Assembly: GCA_963771175.1 (NCBI GenBank)
Contig: CAVYSY010000051.1
Span: forward strand, 32,001 to 96,000
Length of the DNA: 64,000 nucleotides
Source: an uncultured delta proteobacterium
Lineage (GTDB): Bacteria > Myxococcota > Myxococcia > Myxococcales > Myxococcaceae
Direction: 5' to 3'
The position numbers were made by a program, and so were the translations under genes. The notes under the pieces are model-generated. The model was not told the DNA's origin and searched no databases. It worked only from the letters and a program-made list of their open reading frames with translations. Each line of letters starts with the position of its first letter. Positions within the stretch are counted from its first letter, which is position 1. This document shows, piece after piece, positions 1 through 9,906 of this stretch.

Positions 1-2
1 CC

Positions 3-932
3 TGTCTTCCGAACATGGGGGATTATGTCACGCGGGTGGGTGCGGCCTGTGCGTCCGGCCCCCAGTGCAACTCCCCGTGGGGCGTCTGCCTGCAGCCGGT
101 GTCGCTGCCCACGACGACGGCCTGGGCGGACGGCTACTGCACGCAGGGGTGCGACACCGGGGGCCTGACGTGTCCCTCGGGCTCGTCCTGTGTCGGCATG
201 GAGACCGGCAAGGCCTGCCTCAAGAACTGCTCTCCCGGGACGAGTGGAACCTGCCGTCCGGGCTACGTCTGTCTGGCCCGGGGCGGCGGGGTGAACGTTT
301 GTGTCTCGGCCTGCAATGGCGATTCGGACTGCGGCAACGGCTACGCCTGCCGCATCTGCGACAACACGTGCGTGCCCCAGCAGAAGCCCGGGGTGACCAT
401 CGGCGAGCCCTGCGACAAAGACGCGGAGTGCGGCACCTACCAGAAGTGCCTGCACCCCAACGGCCACCCGCAGGGCATCTGCTCCCTGCCCTGTGGCTAC
501 AACACCTGCTCCTGCCCGGATGGCTCCTCGTGCCAGCCGGTGGGCCCCAACGGCTCGTCCATGTGCGTGAGAAGCTGCTTCTCGACCACCTGCGCCTCGG
601 GGCTGCAGTGCGCGCCCTTCGCCGAAGGCGCCACCGGTTGCATGCCTCCCTGCCGCACCAGCGCGGACTGCCAGACCGGTTCCACCTGCGACACGGGCCG
701 GTGCGTGCCGAGCACCTTGCCGGGCGGTAGCTGCCCCCTCTGCCCGAGCCCTGGCTCTTCGGACGCGGGCACCCTCCCGGTCCCCCCGACGCCGGATGCC
801 GGGACGGGCTCAGGCGGGACGGCCGGCCCCGGGTGCGGCTGCCAGGGCTCCGCCGTGAACGCGCCGGGATTCCTGGGCGCCCTTGCTTTGTTCCTCGTGG
901 CCGCCAGGAGACGCCGTTGCCAGCGCCCGTGA
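3..932 (+). CDS. Cys-rich repeat surface protein with MYXO-CTERM-type C-terminal anchor (5' end outside window)
   Basis: Frame open from window start; repeated Cys motifs; Pro/Gly linker then GCGC...hydrophobic helix...RRRR tail. Confidence 0.8.
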   Translation, partial: CLPNMGDYVTRVGAACASGPQCNSPWGVCLQPVSLPTTTAWADGYCTQGCDTGGLTCPSGSSCVGMETGKACLKNCSPGTSGTCRPGYVCLARGGGVNVCVSACNGDSDCGNGYACRICDNTCVPQQKPGVTIGEPCDKDAECGTYQKCLHPNGHPQGICSLPCGYNTCSCPDGSSCQPVGPNGSSMCVRSCFSTTCASGLQCAPFAEGATGCMPPCRTSADCQTGSTCDTGRCVPSTLPGGSCPLCPSPGSSDAGTLPVPPTPDAGTGSGGTAGPGCGCQGSAVNAPGFLGALALFLVAARRRRCQRP

Positions 933-2767
933 CCCCGTCCGCTCCCCCTCCATCCTCTCGCAGCAAGACCGACTACACCCTCTCGTTCGTGCTCGAGGCG
1001 CTCGTCTCTCAGCGGGTGCTCACCGCCGAGCAGGCGCAGAACATCCTCGCCCGCGAGCAGGCCGCCCGCGCCCGGGTCCTCAAGAACCAGGGCGTGGTGG
1101 GCAAGGACGCGGCGCGCTACGAGGTGTCCCCGGTGGAGATCGTGGCCGCCTTCCAGGTGCCCCTGGCGGACGGCCGCGGGACGCTTGACGAAGATCGCAT
1201 CTCCGAGATGGCCGCCCGGGCCGCGGGCATCAACTACAAGAAGGTCGATCCGCTCAAGCTGGACATGGCGCTGGCCACCCGCACCGTGTCCCGCCCCTTC
1301 GCGCAGAAGCACGTCATCCTGCCCCTGGAGCGTGGCCAGGACGGCCGGCTGGTGGTGGCGGTGGCCAACCCCTTCGACAAGGAGCTTTTCGAGGGGCTGC
1401 ACGTGCTCACCGGCATGCCCATCGAGCCGGTGCTCGCGTCGAAGGTGGACATCCTCAAGGCCATCGCGGACATCTACGGCTTCAAGCGCACGCTGGCGCG
1501 CGCCGCGGATGACTTCACCAACAACCCCAGCAACTCGCCGCAGATCGGCAACTTCGAGCAGCTCGTCTCGCTCAGCGGTCGCCAGGAGCTGGACGCGGCG
1601 GATCAGCCGGTGGTGCAGGCGGTGGACTACCTGATGCGCTACGCCTTCGACAACCGCGCCTCGGACATCCACGTCGAGCCCAAGCGCACCACCTCGCTGG
1701 TGCGCCTGCGCATCGACGGCGTGCTGCACCCCGTGTACACGCTGCCGGCGGGCGTGCACGCGCCCATCATCTCGCGCATCAAGACGCTCTCGCGCATGGA
1801 CATCTCCGAGAAGCGCAAGCCGCAGGACGGTCGCATCAAGACCGAGCGAGATGGTCGCGAGGTGGAGCTCCGTGTCTCCACGCTGCCCACCGCCTTCGGA
1901 GAGAAGGTGGTCATCCGTGTCTTCGATCCGGAGACGCTGGTGCAGGACATCGCCCAGCTCGGGTTCGATCCGGAGGAGAAGAGCGTCTTCGAGACCTGGA
2001 TCGACCAGCCCCACGGGCTCATTCTCGTCACCGGCCCCACGGGCAGCGGCAAGACGACCACGCTCTACTCGGCGCTCAAGGCGGTGGCCGGCCCGGACGT
2101 GAACGTCACCACCATCGAGGACCCCATCGAGATGGTGTGGGACGGCTTCAACCAGGTGCAGGTGCAGCCCAAGGTGGGGCTCGACTTCGCCGGGGCGCTG
2201 CGCCACATCCTCCGCCAGGATCCGGACGTCATCATGGTGGGTGAGATCCGAGACTCGGAGACAGCGGAGAACGCCATCCAGGCCGCGCTCACGGGCCACC
2301 TGGTGCTCTCCACGCTGCACACCAACGACTCCATCGGCGCGGTGGCGCGCTTGAAGGATTTGGGAGTGCCGCCCTTCCTGCTGGCGCAGAGCCTCATCGG
2401 CATCATGGCCCAGCGCCTGCTGCGGCGGGTGTGCCCGCACTGCGCGCAGCCGACGACGCTCACGCCGGACGAGCTGAACCTGTTGGGTGCGCCCCTCCCG
2501 CTGCTGCCGGGCGGAGTGCGCATCTCCAAGGGCGCCGGGTGCCCCCGCTGCCGTGGCACCGGTTACTGGGGCCGCACGGGCGCCTTCGAGATCGTCAACA
2601 TGGGCAACGAGCTCCGGGAGCACATCTCCCGAGGCTCGAGCCACGACGTCATGGTCGACGCGGCGCGTCGGGGCGGCACGCGTACCCTGCGCGAGGCGGC
2701 GGTGCGCAAGCTGGCCATGGGCCTCACCTCGTTCGACGAGGTGGTGCGCATGACGTCCGTGGCGTGA
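929..2767 (+). CDS. GspE/PulE/PilB-family secretion/pilus ATPase
   Basis: GTG overlaps upstream TGA (GTGA); ASDIHVEP, Walker A GPTGSGKT, LRQDPDVIMVGE, TGHLVLSTLH, CPHC...CPRC zinc motif. Confidence 0.92.
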   Translation: MTPSAPPPSSRSKTDYTLSFVLEALVSQRVLTAEQAQNILAREQAARARVLKNQGVVGKDAARYEVSPVEIVAAFQVPLADGRGTLDEDRISEMAARAAGINYKKVDPLKLDMALATRTVSRPFAQKHVILPLERGQDGRLVVAVANPFDKELFEGLHVLTGMPIEPVLASKVDILKAIADIYGFKRTLARAADDFTNNPSNSPQIGNFEQLVSLSGRQELDAADQPVVQAVDYLMRYAFDNRASDIHVEPKRTTSLVRLRIDGVLHPVYTLPAGVHAPIISRIKTLSRMDISEKRKPQDGRIKTERDGREVELRVSTLPTAFGEKVVIRVFDPETLVQDIAQLGFDPEEKSVFETWIDQPHGLILVTGPTGSGKTTTLYSALKAVAGPDVNVTTIEDPIEMVWDGFNQVQVQPKVGLDFAGALRHILRQDPDVIMVGEIRDSETAENAIQAALTGHLVLSTLHTNDSIGAVARLKDLGVPPFLLAQSLIGIMAQRLLRRVCPHCAQPTTLTPDELNLLGAPLPLLPGGVRISKGAGCPRCRGTGYWGRTGAFEIVNMGNELREHISRGSSHDVMVDAARRGGTRTLREAAVRKLAMGLTSFDEVVRMTSVA

Positions 2768-2918
2768 GCCCCACGGGAGCGGACCGGTGCGGCGGGCGGG
2801 CGCCCGGTCCGTTCTCTGTCGGGTAACCCTCGGAAGGGGGGCAGGGGGATTTCCGGAATACTGGCATGGCCGTGAGGGTACGCTCTGGATGCGCGGCACT
2901 CTTCACGCGAGGAGGGCC

Positions 2919-4491
2919 ATGTCGGGAGGACAGACCGGAATGACACGACGCGACTTCGTCGGCTACGGCACGATGGCGGGAGAGGGCGAGCTGTTGAGCG
3001 GCGGTGCGGCGTCGCAGCGTGCGGGCCCGGGTGGGCTGGGAGGTGGCTCGGGCGGCTCGTCGAATCCGATCGGCTACTTCGCCCGCTTCGGCGTCGACGA
3101 GAAGCTGATCCGGGAGACGCTCGCCGCCGCCCTGTCACGGGGCGGCGACTACGCCGACCTCTTCTTCCAGCACCGCGTCTCCACCACCATGGCGCTCGAG
3201 GACGGCGCGGTGAACAGGGCCTTCACCACCGTCGAGCTCGGCGTGGGCGTGCGCGTCGTCAAGGGCGACCAGACGGGCTACGCCTTCACCGAGGAGCTCA
3301 CGCTCGAGGCGATGCGCAGCGCCGCCCGGACGGCCGCGGCGATCGCCGACGGTCCCTCGCACCCGGGCCCCCAGCGCTTCCACGTCTTCAAGGATCTGCC
3401 CCAGCGCTACGTGCTCAAGGCCGGCTGGGATGCCGTGCGCCCCGAGCAGAAGCTGCCGATCCTCGAGGGGCTGAACGCGGCGGCGTTCAAGGCGGACCCG
3501 CGCATCGTCAAGGCGAGCGTCACGTTCTCCGACGAGCACGGCGCCGTCCTGGTCGCCGACAGCAATGGGCGGCTCGTCGAGGACATCCAGCCCATGACGA
3601 ACCTCTACCTCTCGTGCGTCGCCGAGCAGAACGGCCGGCGCGAGCAGAACATGTACGGCGTCGCGGGCCGCGCCGGGCTTCGAGTTCTACTCGCCCGAGC
3701 GGCTCGAGCGCATCGTGCGCGAGGCGGTCAGCCGCACCACCATCCTCTTCGAGGCGGTCGCAGCCGCCGGCCGGCGAGATGCCGGTGGTGCTCGCGGCGG
3801 GCTCGTCGGGCATCCTGCTGCACGAGGCGATCGGCCACGGCATGGAGGCCGACTTCAACCGCAAGGGCACGTCCATCTACGCCGACAAGATCGGCAAGCC
3901 GGTCGCGCAAGCCCTTCGTGAACATCGTCGACGACGGGACGCAACGAGTACGCGCGCGGCGCCATCAACGTGGACGACGAGGGCAACGTGGCCGGGCAAG
4001 ACGATGCTCGTGGAGAACGGCGTCCTCACCACGTACCTGCACGACTCCATCTCGGCGAAGCACTACAAGGTGAAGCCCACCGGCAACGGCCGGCGCGAGA
4101 GCTACCGGTACGCGCCGATGCCGCGCATGCGCTCGACCTACATGCTGCCCGGGCCCGCACAAGCGGGAGGAGATCATCGCCTCGGTGAAGAAGGGCATCT
4201 ACTGCTCGAACTTCACGAACGGCCAGGTGCAACATCGGCGCCGGCGACTTCACCTTCTACGTGAAGAACGGCTACCTCATCGAGGACGGCAAGCTGACGC
4301 GGCCGATCAAGGACGTGAACATCATCGGCAACGGGCCCAAGGTGCTCGAGAAGGTGGACATGGTGGCCGACGACCTCGTCATCGACGAGGGCGGCTGGAC
4401 GTGCGGCAAGGACGGCCAGGGCGTGCCGGTGTCCCAGGGCATGCCCACGGTCCGCGTCGCTTCCATCACCGTCGGCGGGCGCAATGCCTGA
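2919..4491 (+). CDS. tldD: TldD metalloprotease (several frameshifts, probably sequencing indels)
   Basis: GGAGG RBS before ATG 2919; GGDYADLFFQ, GVGVRVV, LLHEAIGH metal motif, TGNGRRESY, GWTCGKDGQGVPVSQG spread over different frames. Confidence 0.88.
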
Positions 4492-4502
4492 GGAGGACAT
4501 CC

Positions 4503-5842
4503 ATGAGCACGACGAAGCCCACGACGAACCTGGGAGAGGTCGCCGTCAGGCGGTGGACCTGGCGCGCCAGAAGGGTGCTTCCGAGGCGGCGGCCACCGCC
4601 AGCCGCACCCGCGAGGTCGAGGTGCAGTGGCGCGACGGCAAGCTGGAGAAGGTCTACGAGGCCACCACTCGCGGCCTGGGGCTGCAGCTCTACGTCGACG
4701 GGCGCTACTCCGCGGTGTCGACGAGCGACCTGCGCCCGGAGGCGCTCGACACGTTCATCGCCGACGCCATCGCGATGACGCGCGCCCTGGCGCGGGACGA
4801 GTTCCGCAAGCTGCCCGAGCCCGAGCTCTACGCGGGGCGCGAGCAGGTGGACCTGATGATCGAGGACCCGCGCCAGTCGACGCTCACCGCCGATGAGCGC
4901 CAGCGCTTCGCCCGGGAGCTCGAGGCGGGCGCCCGCGCGGCCGATACGAAGGGCGTCATCCTGTCCGTCACCACCGGCTTCGGCGACACCCATCGGGAGA
5001 CGTACCGCGTCAGCTCGAACGGCTTCGAGGGCGGGCTGCGTGGGACAGTGTTCTTCGCCTCCGCCGAGGTGAGCGCCCAGGACTCGGACGGGCGCAGGCC
5101 GGAGGAGAGTGACTTCGCCGTCGCGCGCTTCCTCGAGGACCTGCCCGACGCGGCCACCCTGGGCCGCCGAGCCGGGGAGCGCGCTTTCGGGCGGCTCGGC
5201 TCGACGAAGGGCGCTTCGGCCGTGCTTCCCATGGCGGTCGACAACCGGGCCGCGGGCCGGCTCGTGTCGATGCTCCTCGGACCCATGACGGGCGCGGCGA
5301 TTCAGCAGAAGCGCTCGTTCCTCGACGGGAAGCTCGGCCAGGGCGTGGGGAGCGAGCGGCTGACGATCTCGGACGAGCCGCACCTCAAGCGGGGGCTCGG
5401 CTCGCGCCTGTTCGACAATGAGGGCCTCACGGCCCGGTCGCTGCCGCTCTTCGAGGGGGGCGTCCTGCGCGCCTGCTTCATCGACAGCTACTACGGCCGG
5501 AAGCTGAAGGCGCGCCCGACGACGGGCAACCCGTCGAACCTCTCGTGGAAGCTCGGGGACAAGTCGCAGGCCGCGCTCCTGGCGGACATGAAGGAGGGCA
5601 TCCTCGTGACGGGTTTCCTCGGCGGCAACTCCAACCCCGTCACGGGGGACTTCTCCCTCGGCGTCCAGGGGTTCCGCGTGCGCGGCGGGAAGCTCGCCGA
5701 GCCCGTGGGCGAGATGAACATCTCGGGCAACCAGTTCGATCTGTGGAAGCGGCTGGTGGCCGTGGGCAATGATCCCTTCGCCCACAGCGCCCTCCGCACC
5801 CCGACGCTCGTCTTCGAGGGCGTGCAGTTCGCGGGCGTGTAG
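4503..5842 (+). CDS. tldE: TldE/PmbA partner subunit (frameshift near N-terminus)
   Basis: GAGGA RBS and ATG 4503; SRLFDNEG, NPVTGDFSLG, MNISGN; no HExxxH; directly after tldD. Confidence 0.88.
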
Positions 5843-5915
5843 CCCGTCACCCTCTGGCGTCGGACCGCTCCTCCTCCCTGGCAATGCTGGCCGGGGAGGG
5901 GAGCTCCGCCAGGTA

Positions 5916-6287
5916 CTACGCGGGCTCGATGAAGTTCAGCCGGTACCCGTCGGGATCCGTGACGATGATCTCCTTGGTGAACCACGGCTGGACGGTCGGC
6001 CCATCGACGCTCGCGCCGTGCGCCTGGGCCCGAGTGGCCACCTCGTCCACGCCCACGGCGCCGATGCGGAATCCCATCAGCACGCCCATGCCGCGCCGGC
6101 CCTCCAGCGGCAGCGCCGCGGGCTGGGTGACCAGATAGACCTCCGCTTGACCTTCCCACTGCAGGCGGATGAAGGGCGGCTCGGCCGACACACGCTTGAA
6201 CCCGAGCGCCTCGTAGAACCGCGCCGAGCGCTCGGTGTCCGACACGAGCAACTTCACGAAGGACGACATCAGCGGAGCGCTATCCAT
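5916..6287 (-). CDS. VOC/glyoxalase family protein
   Basis: LLVSDTERSARFYEALGF ... DPDGYRLNF pattern. Confidence 0.85.
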   Translation of the reverse strand: MDSAPLMSSFVKLLVSDTERSARFYEALGFKRVSAEPPFIRLQWEGQAEVYLVTQPAALPLEGRRGMGVLMGFRIGAVGVDEVATRAQAHGASVDGPTVQPWFTKEIIVTDPDGYRLNFIEPA

Positions 6288-6295
6288 GGGGGAGG

Positions 6296-7831
6296 CTAGA
6301 AGCGCGCCTGCATCAGCAGGTTGAAGCCCAGGGCGTTGGGCTTCTCGAAGCTGGGCTGCGCGACGCCGAAGACGTCGTCCCGGAACGTCGTCCGGTTGGT
6401 GTCGTAGGTGTAATAGACCTCACCCAGCGCGGAGACGCTCTCGGAGAGGTCCCACCGGAAGGTGCCCTTCGCCGAGATGATGGGCTCGGCCTCGCAGATG
6501 TCGTTGTTGGCGCCGCACGTGGTGGGCAGGATGCTCAGCACGTTGACGTCACGCACCACCACCGTGCGCGTGCCCGTGAGCCCCGGCGGCGGGTTGTTGC
6601 CACCGAAGAGCGGCTCGGGGCTGCGGAACGTCGCCGGCTGCTGCACGCCGAGGATGAAGCCCGGGGTGAAGTGCCACGCGGGGATGTGGTAGTCCGCGCC
6701 CGCGGCGATGAACATCTCCGGCTTCAGCTCCGTGCCGTCCGGGAAGTCGTTGAAGGGCGGCAGGCCGGGCACGTCGAACTGGATGAAGGACAGGCTGCGG
6801 TACAGGCCCAGCACGTGGAAGCGCCAGTAGTCCAGCTTGGCGCGAGCCTGCAGCGCCACCGCCGTGGCCTCCTGCGGCACCGTCCGGCCGAACACGTCCG
6901 GATCCGACAGCGTCTGCACCAGGTAGCTGCCCTCGAGCGACACCGAGTAGGCGAGCCCGCCCGGGTACTGCTCCGGGGTGAAGAAGCGCTGGTACATGTC
7001 CGGATCGTTCTTGTAGAGCCGGAAGTCCACGCTGGTGCCCACCGGCACGCCCACATGGTAGACGGCCTGCGCGGACACGCCCGCCGAGTTCACCGGCGCC
7101 TCCACGCCCAGCGCCGCCAGTCCGGGGACGATGCCCTTCTGGAAGTAGCCGCCGCCGGCCTCCAGGCGCAGCGTCTCCAGCGGATCCCACCCGGCGCCGG
7201 CCATGAAGCCGTAGAGCGTCTCCTGCTCGCGGATGAGGTCGTTGAGCACCAGCGCCGTCTTGGCGCCCGCGTACGCGTACCACTTGTCGCGAGTAATCTG
7301 CAGCTTGGCGCCCGGCACGCCCGCCGCGGTGGCGCGGTTGGTGAAGATGCCGCTGCCGCCCCACGAGATGCGGTAGGCGTAGCCCAGCCGGAAGCGGTCC
7401 GCGGAGACCGGGAAGCCGGTGAGGGACAGGCCCTCGTTCTCACCCCAGCCCGCGGGCCGGTAGTTGAGGCGGATGTAGCTGGAGTTGTCCCGCAGGTCGA
7501 TGCCACCCGAGGGCCGCTCCAGCATCAACACGGTGAGGGCCGCCTCGGTGGTGAGGCCCTCGAAGAACGCCGGCATCCGCTTGTAGAGGACGATGTTGGA
7601 CAGCGTCTCGAAGCCGGAGAACCTGGTGTTGAAGTTGTCGTAGAACTGGGTGTTCTGGTTGCCCGCGCCGAACCGGGCGGTGGGGCTGTTGGGGGTCGTC
7701 TCACCCGCGTTCGCGAAGATGTTGTCGTCCGCGAAGACGAAGGACAGGCGGGTATCGACGAAGTCTCCGGCCCAGGCGGGCGTGGAGAGGGTGATGAGCC
7801 CGGTCAGGGCCAGCGTGCGCAACGTTCTCAA
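6296..7831 (-). CDS. Secreted protein, probable outer-membrane beta-barrel
   Basis: Signal peptide (PAWA), alternating amphipathic strands, C-terminal Phe (LLMQARF). Confidence 0.7.
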   Translation of the reverse strand: MRTLRTLALTGLITLSTPAWAGDFVDTRLSFVFADDNIFANAGETTPNSPTARFGAGNQNTQFYDNFNTRFSGFETLSNIVLYKRMPAFFEGLTTEAALTVLMLERPSGGIDLRDNSSYIRLNYRPAGWGENEGLSLTGFPVSADRFRLGYAYRISWGGSGIFTNRATAAGVPGAKLQITRDKWYAYAGAKTALVLNDLIREQETLYGFMAGAGWDPLETLRLEAGGGYFQKGIVPGLAALGVEAPVNSAGVSAQAVYHVGVPVGTSVDFRLYKNDPDMYQRFFTPEQYPGGLAYSVSLEGSYLVQTLSDPDVFGRTVPQEATAVALQARAKLDYWRFHVLGLYRSLSFIQFDVPGLPPFNDFPDGTELKPEMFIAAGADYHIPAWHFTPGFILGVQQPATFRSPEPLFGGNNPPPGLTGTRTVVVRDVNVLSILPTTCGANNDICEAEPIISAKGTFRWDLSESVSALGEVYYTYDTNRTTFRDDVFGVAQPSFEKPNALGFNLLMQARF

Positions 7832-7914
7832 TATCCCTCCAAGGGGCCACGGCGGGGCCGCGCCTCCAGGCGCCCCGTGGGAGCGGGGCGCTTGCGTCTT
7901 CTACGGAAACGACT

Positions 7915-9906
7915 TCACTGACAAGGCTTGATGGGACGCGGGCACTGATTGTCCGGTCCCGGGTGGCAACAGAGGTCGTCCACGTCGCGTGGGGTGACCA
8001 TCCAGCGCGGCCGGGCCGCCTGGATCTGCTTCAGGTGGCCCACCACGTCGAAGGTGGCCTGGCGCATCAGGCGGCACTGCTGGGCGCGATCCGCGTCCGA
8101 GTCGTTCTCGTCGCAGTCCACGCGCAGCTCCGGCACGGCTTCCCTCGTCGAGAGGAGCATGCGGGTGCCGGGGTTGCGCGCCACGAAGCACTTCGGGGCG
8201 GGCGTTGGAGTCGGCGACGGGAGCTGTTTCGCCAGGAAGGCCACGAAGCCCTCGCCCGCGCGGACGATGACGTCCTTGCGCGTCTTGGCCGGCAGCAGCA
8301 TGTCCGCGTTGGTGGCGGCGACCGCGTCCGTGGCGCCGAAGCGCACGTACGTGTCGAGCTCGCACCAGATGCTCACGGGCGCGCCCTCCTCGTAGTCCGA
8401 CCCGGTGGTGGTCGAGGCGGTATCGGAGAGGATGACCTCCTGCGTGCGCTGCTCCAGCGCGTCATCCAGACCGGCCTCGCGCGGACCCGGGCCGGCCAGC
8501 TCGATCACGAACTGGCCGAAGCCGGTGTAGTTGGTGCGCTCGGAGCAGACGGTGTTCTGGTAGGCCCCGGAGCCGGTGGTGCAGTCGATGTTGCACTGGA
8601 CCTCGCTCATGTCCGGCGGAGCGCTGCCGCAGAAGGTCCACGCGCCTCTCGAGTTGCAGAAGGAGGTCACCTGACCATTGCCGTCGGTGTCGCAGCTCGT
8701 GAAGACCTGGGGGAAGCGCACGTGGCGCACCTTCACGAGCCCCGACTCCAGGCTCTCCAGCTTCATGTTGTCCGTGTAGTAGCCACAGAGCTTGTCGACG
8801 CCGCCGGGCGACAGGTTGTCCGCCAGCCCGCAGTGGCGCAGGTTCAGCTCCACGGGCGGGTTGAGGTTCAGGTACTTGTTCCACTGCTCCGGCGGCAGCT
8901 CGCGCACGTGCTCACGCACCGACCAGGAGGGGAAGGTGAGCTGCGTGGTGGAGGAGAACTCCTGGAGGGAGCCGGCCAGCGTCCACAGTAGATCGCCCGG
9001 GTCGAGTCCCTCGGGGAAGTTGTAGTTGTAGATGAACATGGAGCCGAAGGTGCCCGGCAGGTAGCCGCTCGGCTCGGTGGCATCCGGCACGGGGCAGGCC
9101 GTCATGTCCGTGACGTAGAAGCCCGAGGGATCCGTCCCCGTCACCAGCAGCGTCACCGGCTTGGGGGGCAGGACGTCCACGTCGCCATCGTCGTCCACGT
9201 CGATGTCCGGGCAGTTCTGGTACAGCACGGAGCCGGACTCGGGGGCGCGGCCGATGGTGACGAATCGTCCCACGAAGGGCGAGGACCTGTTGTCCGCCAC
9301 CTGAGGCCGCTGGATGGAGGCCAGCGTGGGCTCGGCGAAGAACAGGGGCCCGGAGGCGCCGGCGCTGAAGCTGCGCGAGGCGGGCTCCTTCGGGAGCTGA
9401 TTCGGGTCTCCCGCGAGCTGGCCTCCGACGTAGTTGGGCTCGACGGGCTCGTCCTTCACCCAGACGCGCACCTCGCCATAGAGGTACTGGGCCCGCACCT
9501 TGCCGAGACCCCGACCCTTGGAGAGCGTCGTCCAGTAGTAGGTGTAGTCACCGGCGAGGCTGCCCGGCTCCACCTGGAAGGCCACCGGCCCGCTGAAGTC
9601 GAACGGCTGGCCGTTCTTGTCCAGGGCGGTGATGTCCAGCGTCATCTCCACCGCACCATTGGGGGCGACGTAGCGGCAGTCCTCTGTCCCACGCACGTCG
9701 GCGGGCACCTGCTCGGTCGTGGTGCCGTAGCGCTTGACGCAGTTGGGGATGACCTCGAGCGGCTGCAGGGCGCCGCTGCCATTCACCGCGGAGATGCCTT
9801 GCACCACCACGCGGAACGAGCCCACGCCGGCGGGCAGGGGGTTGTCCACGTCGTAGCAGCCGGACGCGGCGGCGGTCGCGGCCAGGAGGAGCAGTCCCTT
9901 CTTCAT
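7915..9906 (-). CDS. Cys-rich lipoprotein of unknown function
   Basis: MKKGLLLLAATAAASGC lipobox; start overlaps the nucleotidase stop. Confidence 0.8.
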   Translation of the reverse strand: MKKGLLLLAATAAASGCYDVDNPLPAGVGSFRVVVQGISAVNGSGALQPLEVIPNCVKRYGTTTEQVPADVRGTEDCRYVAPNGAVEMTLDITALDKNGQPFDFSGPVAFQVEPGSLAGDYTYYWTTLSKGRGLGKVRAQYLYGEVRVWVKDEPVEPNYVGGQLAGDPNQLPKEPASRSFSAGASGPLFFAEPTLASIQRPQVADNRSSPFVGRFVTIGRAPESGSVLYQNCPDIDVDDDGDVDVLPPKPVTLLVTGTDPSGFYVTDMTACPVPDATEPSGYLPGTFGSMFIYNYNFPEGLDPGDLLWTLAGSLQEFSSTTQLTFPSWSVREHVRELPPEQWNKYLNLNPPVELNLRHCGLADNLSPGGVDKLCGYYTDNMKLESLESGLVKVRHVRFPQVFTSCDTDGNGQVTSFCNSRGAWTFCGSAPPDMSEVQCNIDCTTGSGAYQNTVCSERTNYTGFGQFVIELAGPGPREAGLDDALEQRTQEVILSDTASTTTGSDYEEGAPVSIWCELDTYVRFGATDAVAATNADMLLPAKTRKDVIVRAGEGFVAFLAKQLPSPTPTPAPKCFVARNPGTRMLLSTREAVPELRVDCDENDSDADRAQQCRLMRQATFDVVGHLKQIQAARPRWMVTPRDVDDLCCHPGPDNQCPRPIKPCQ

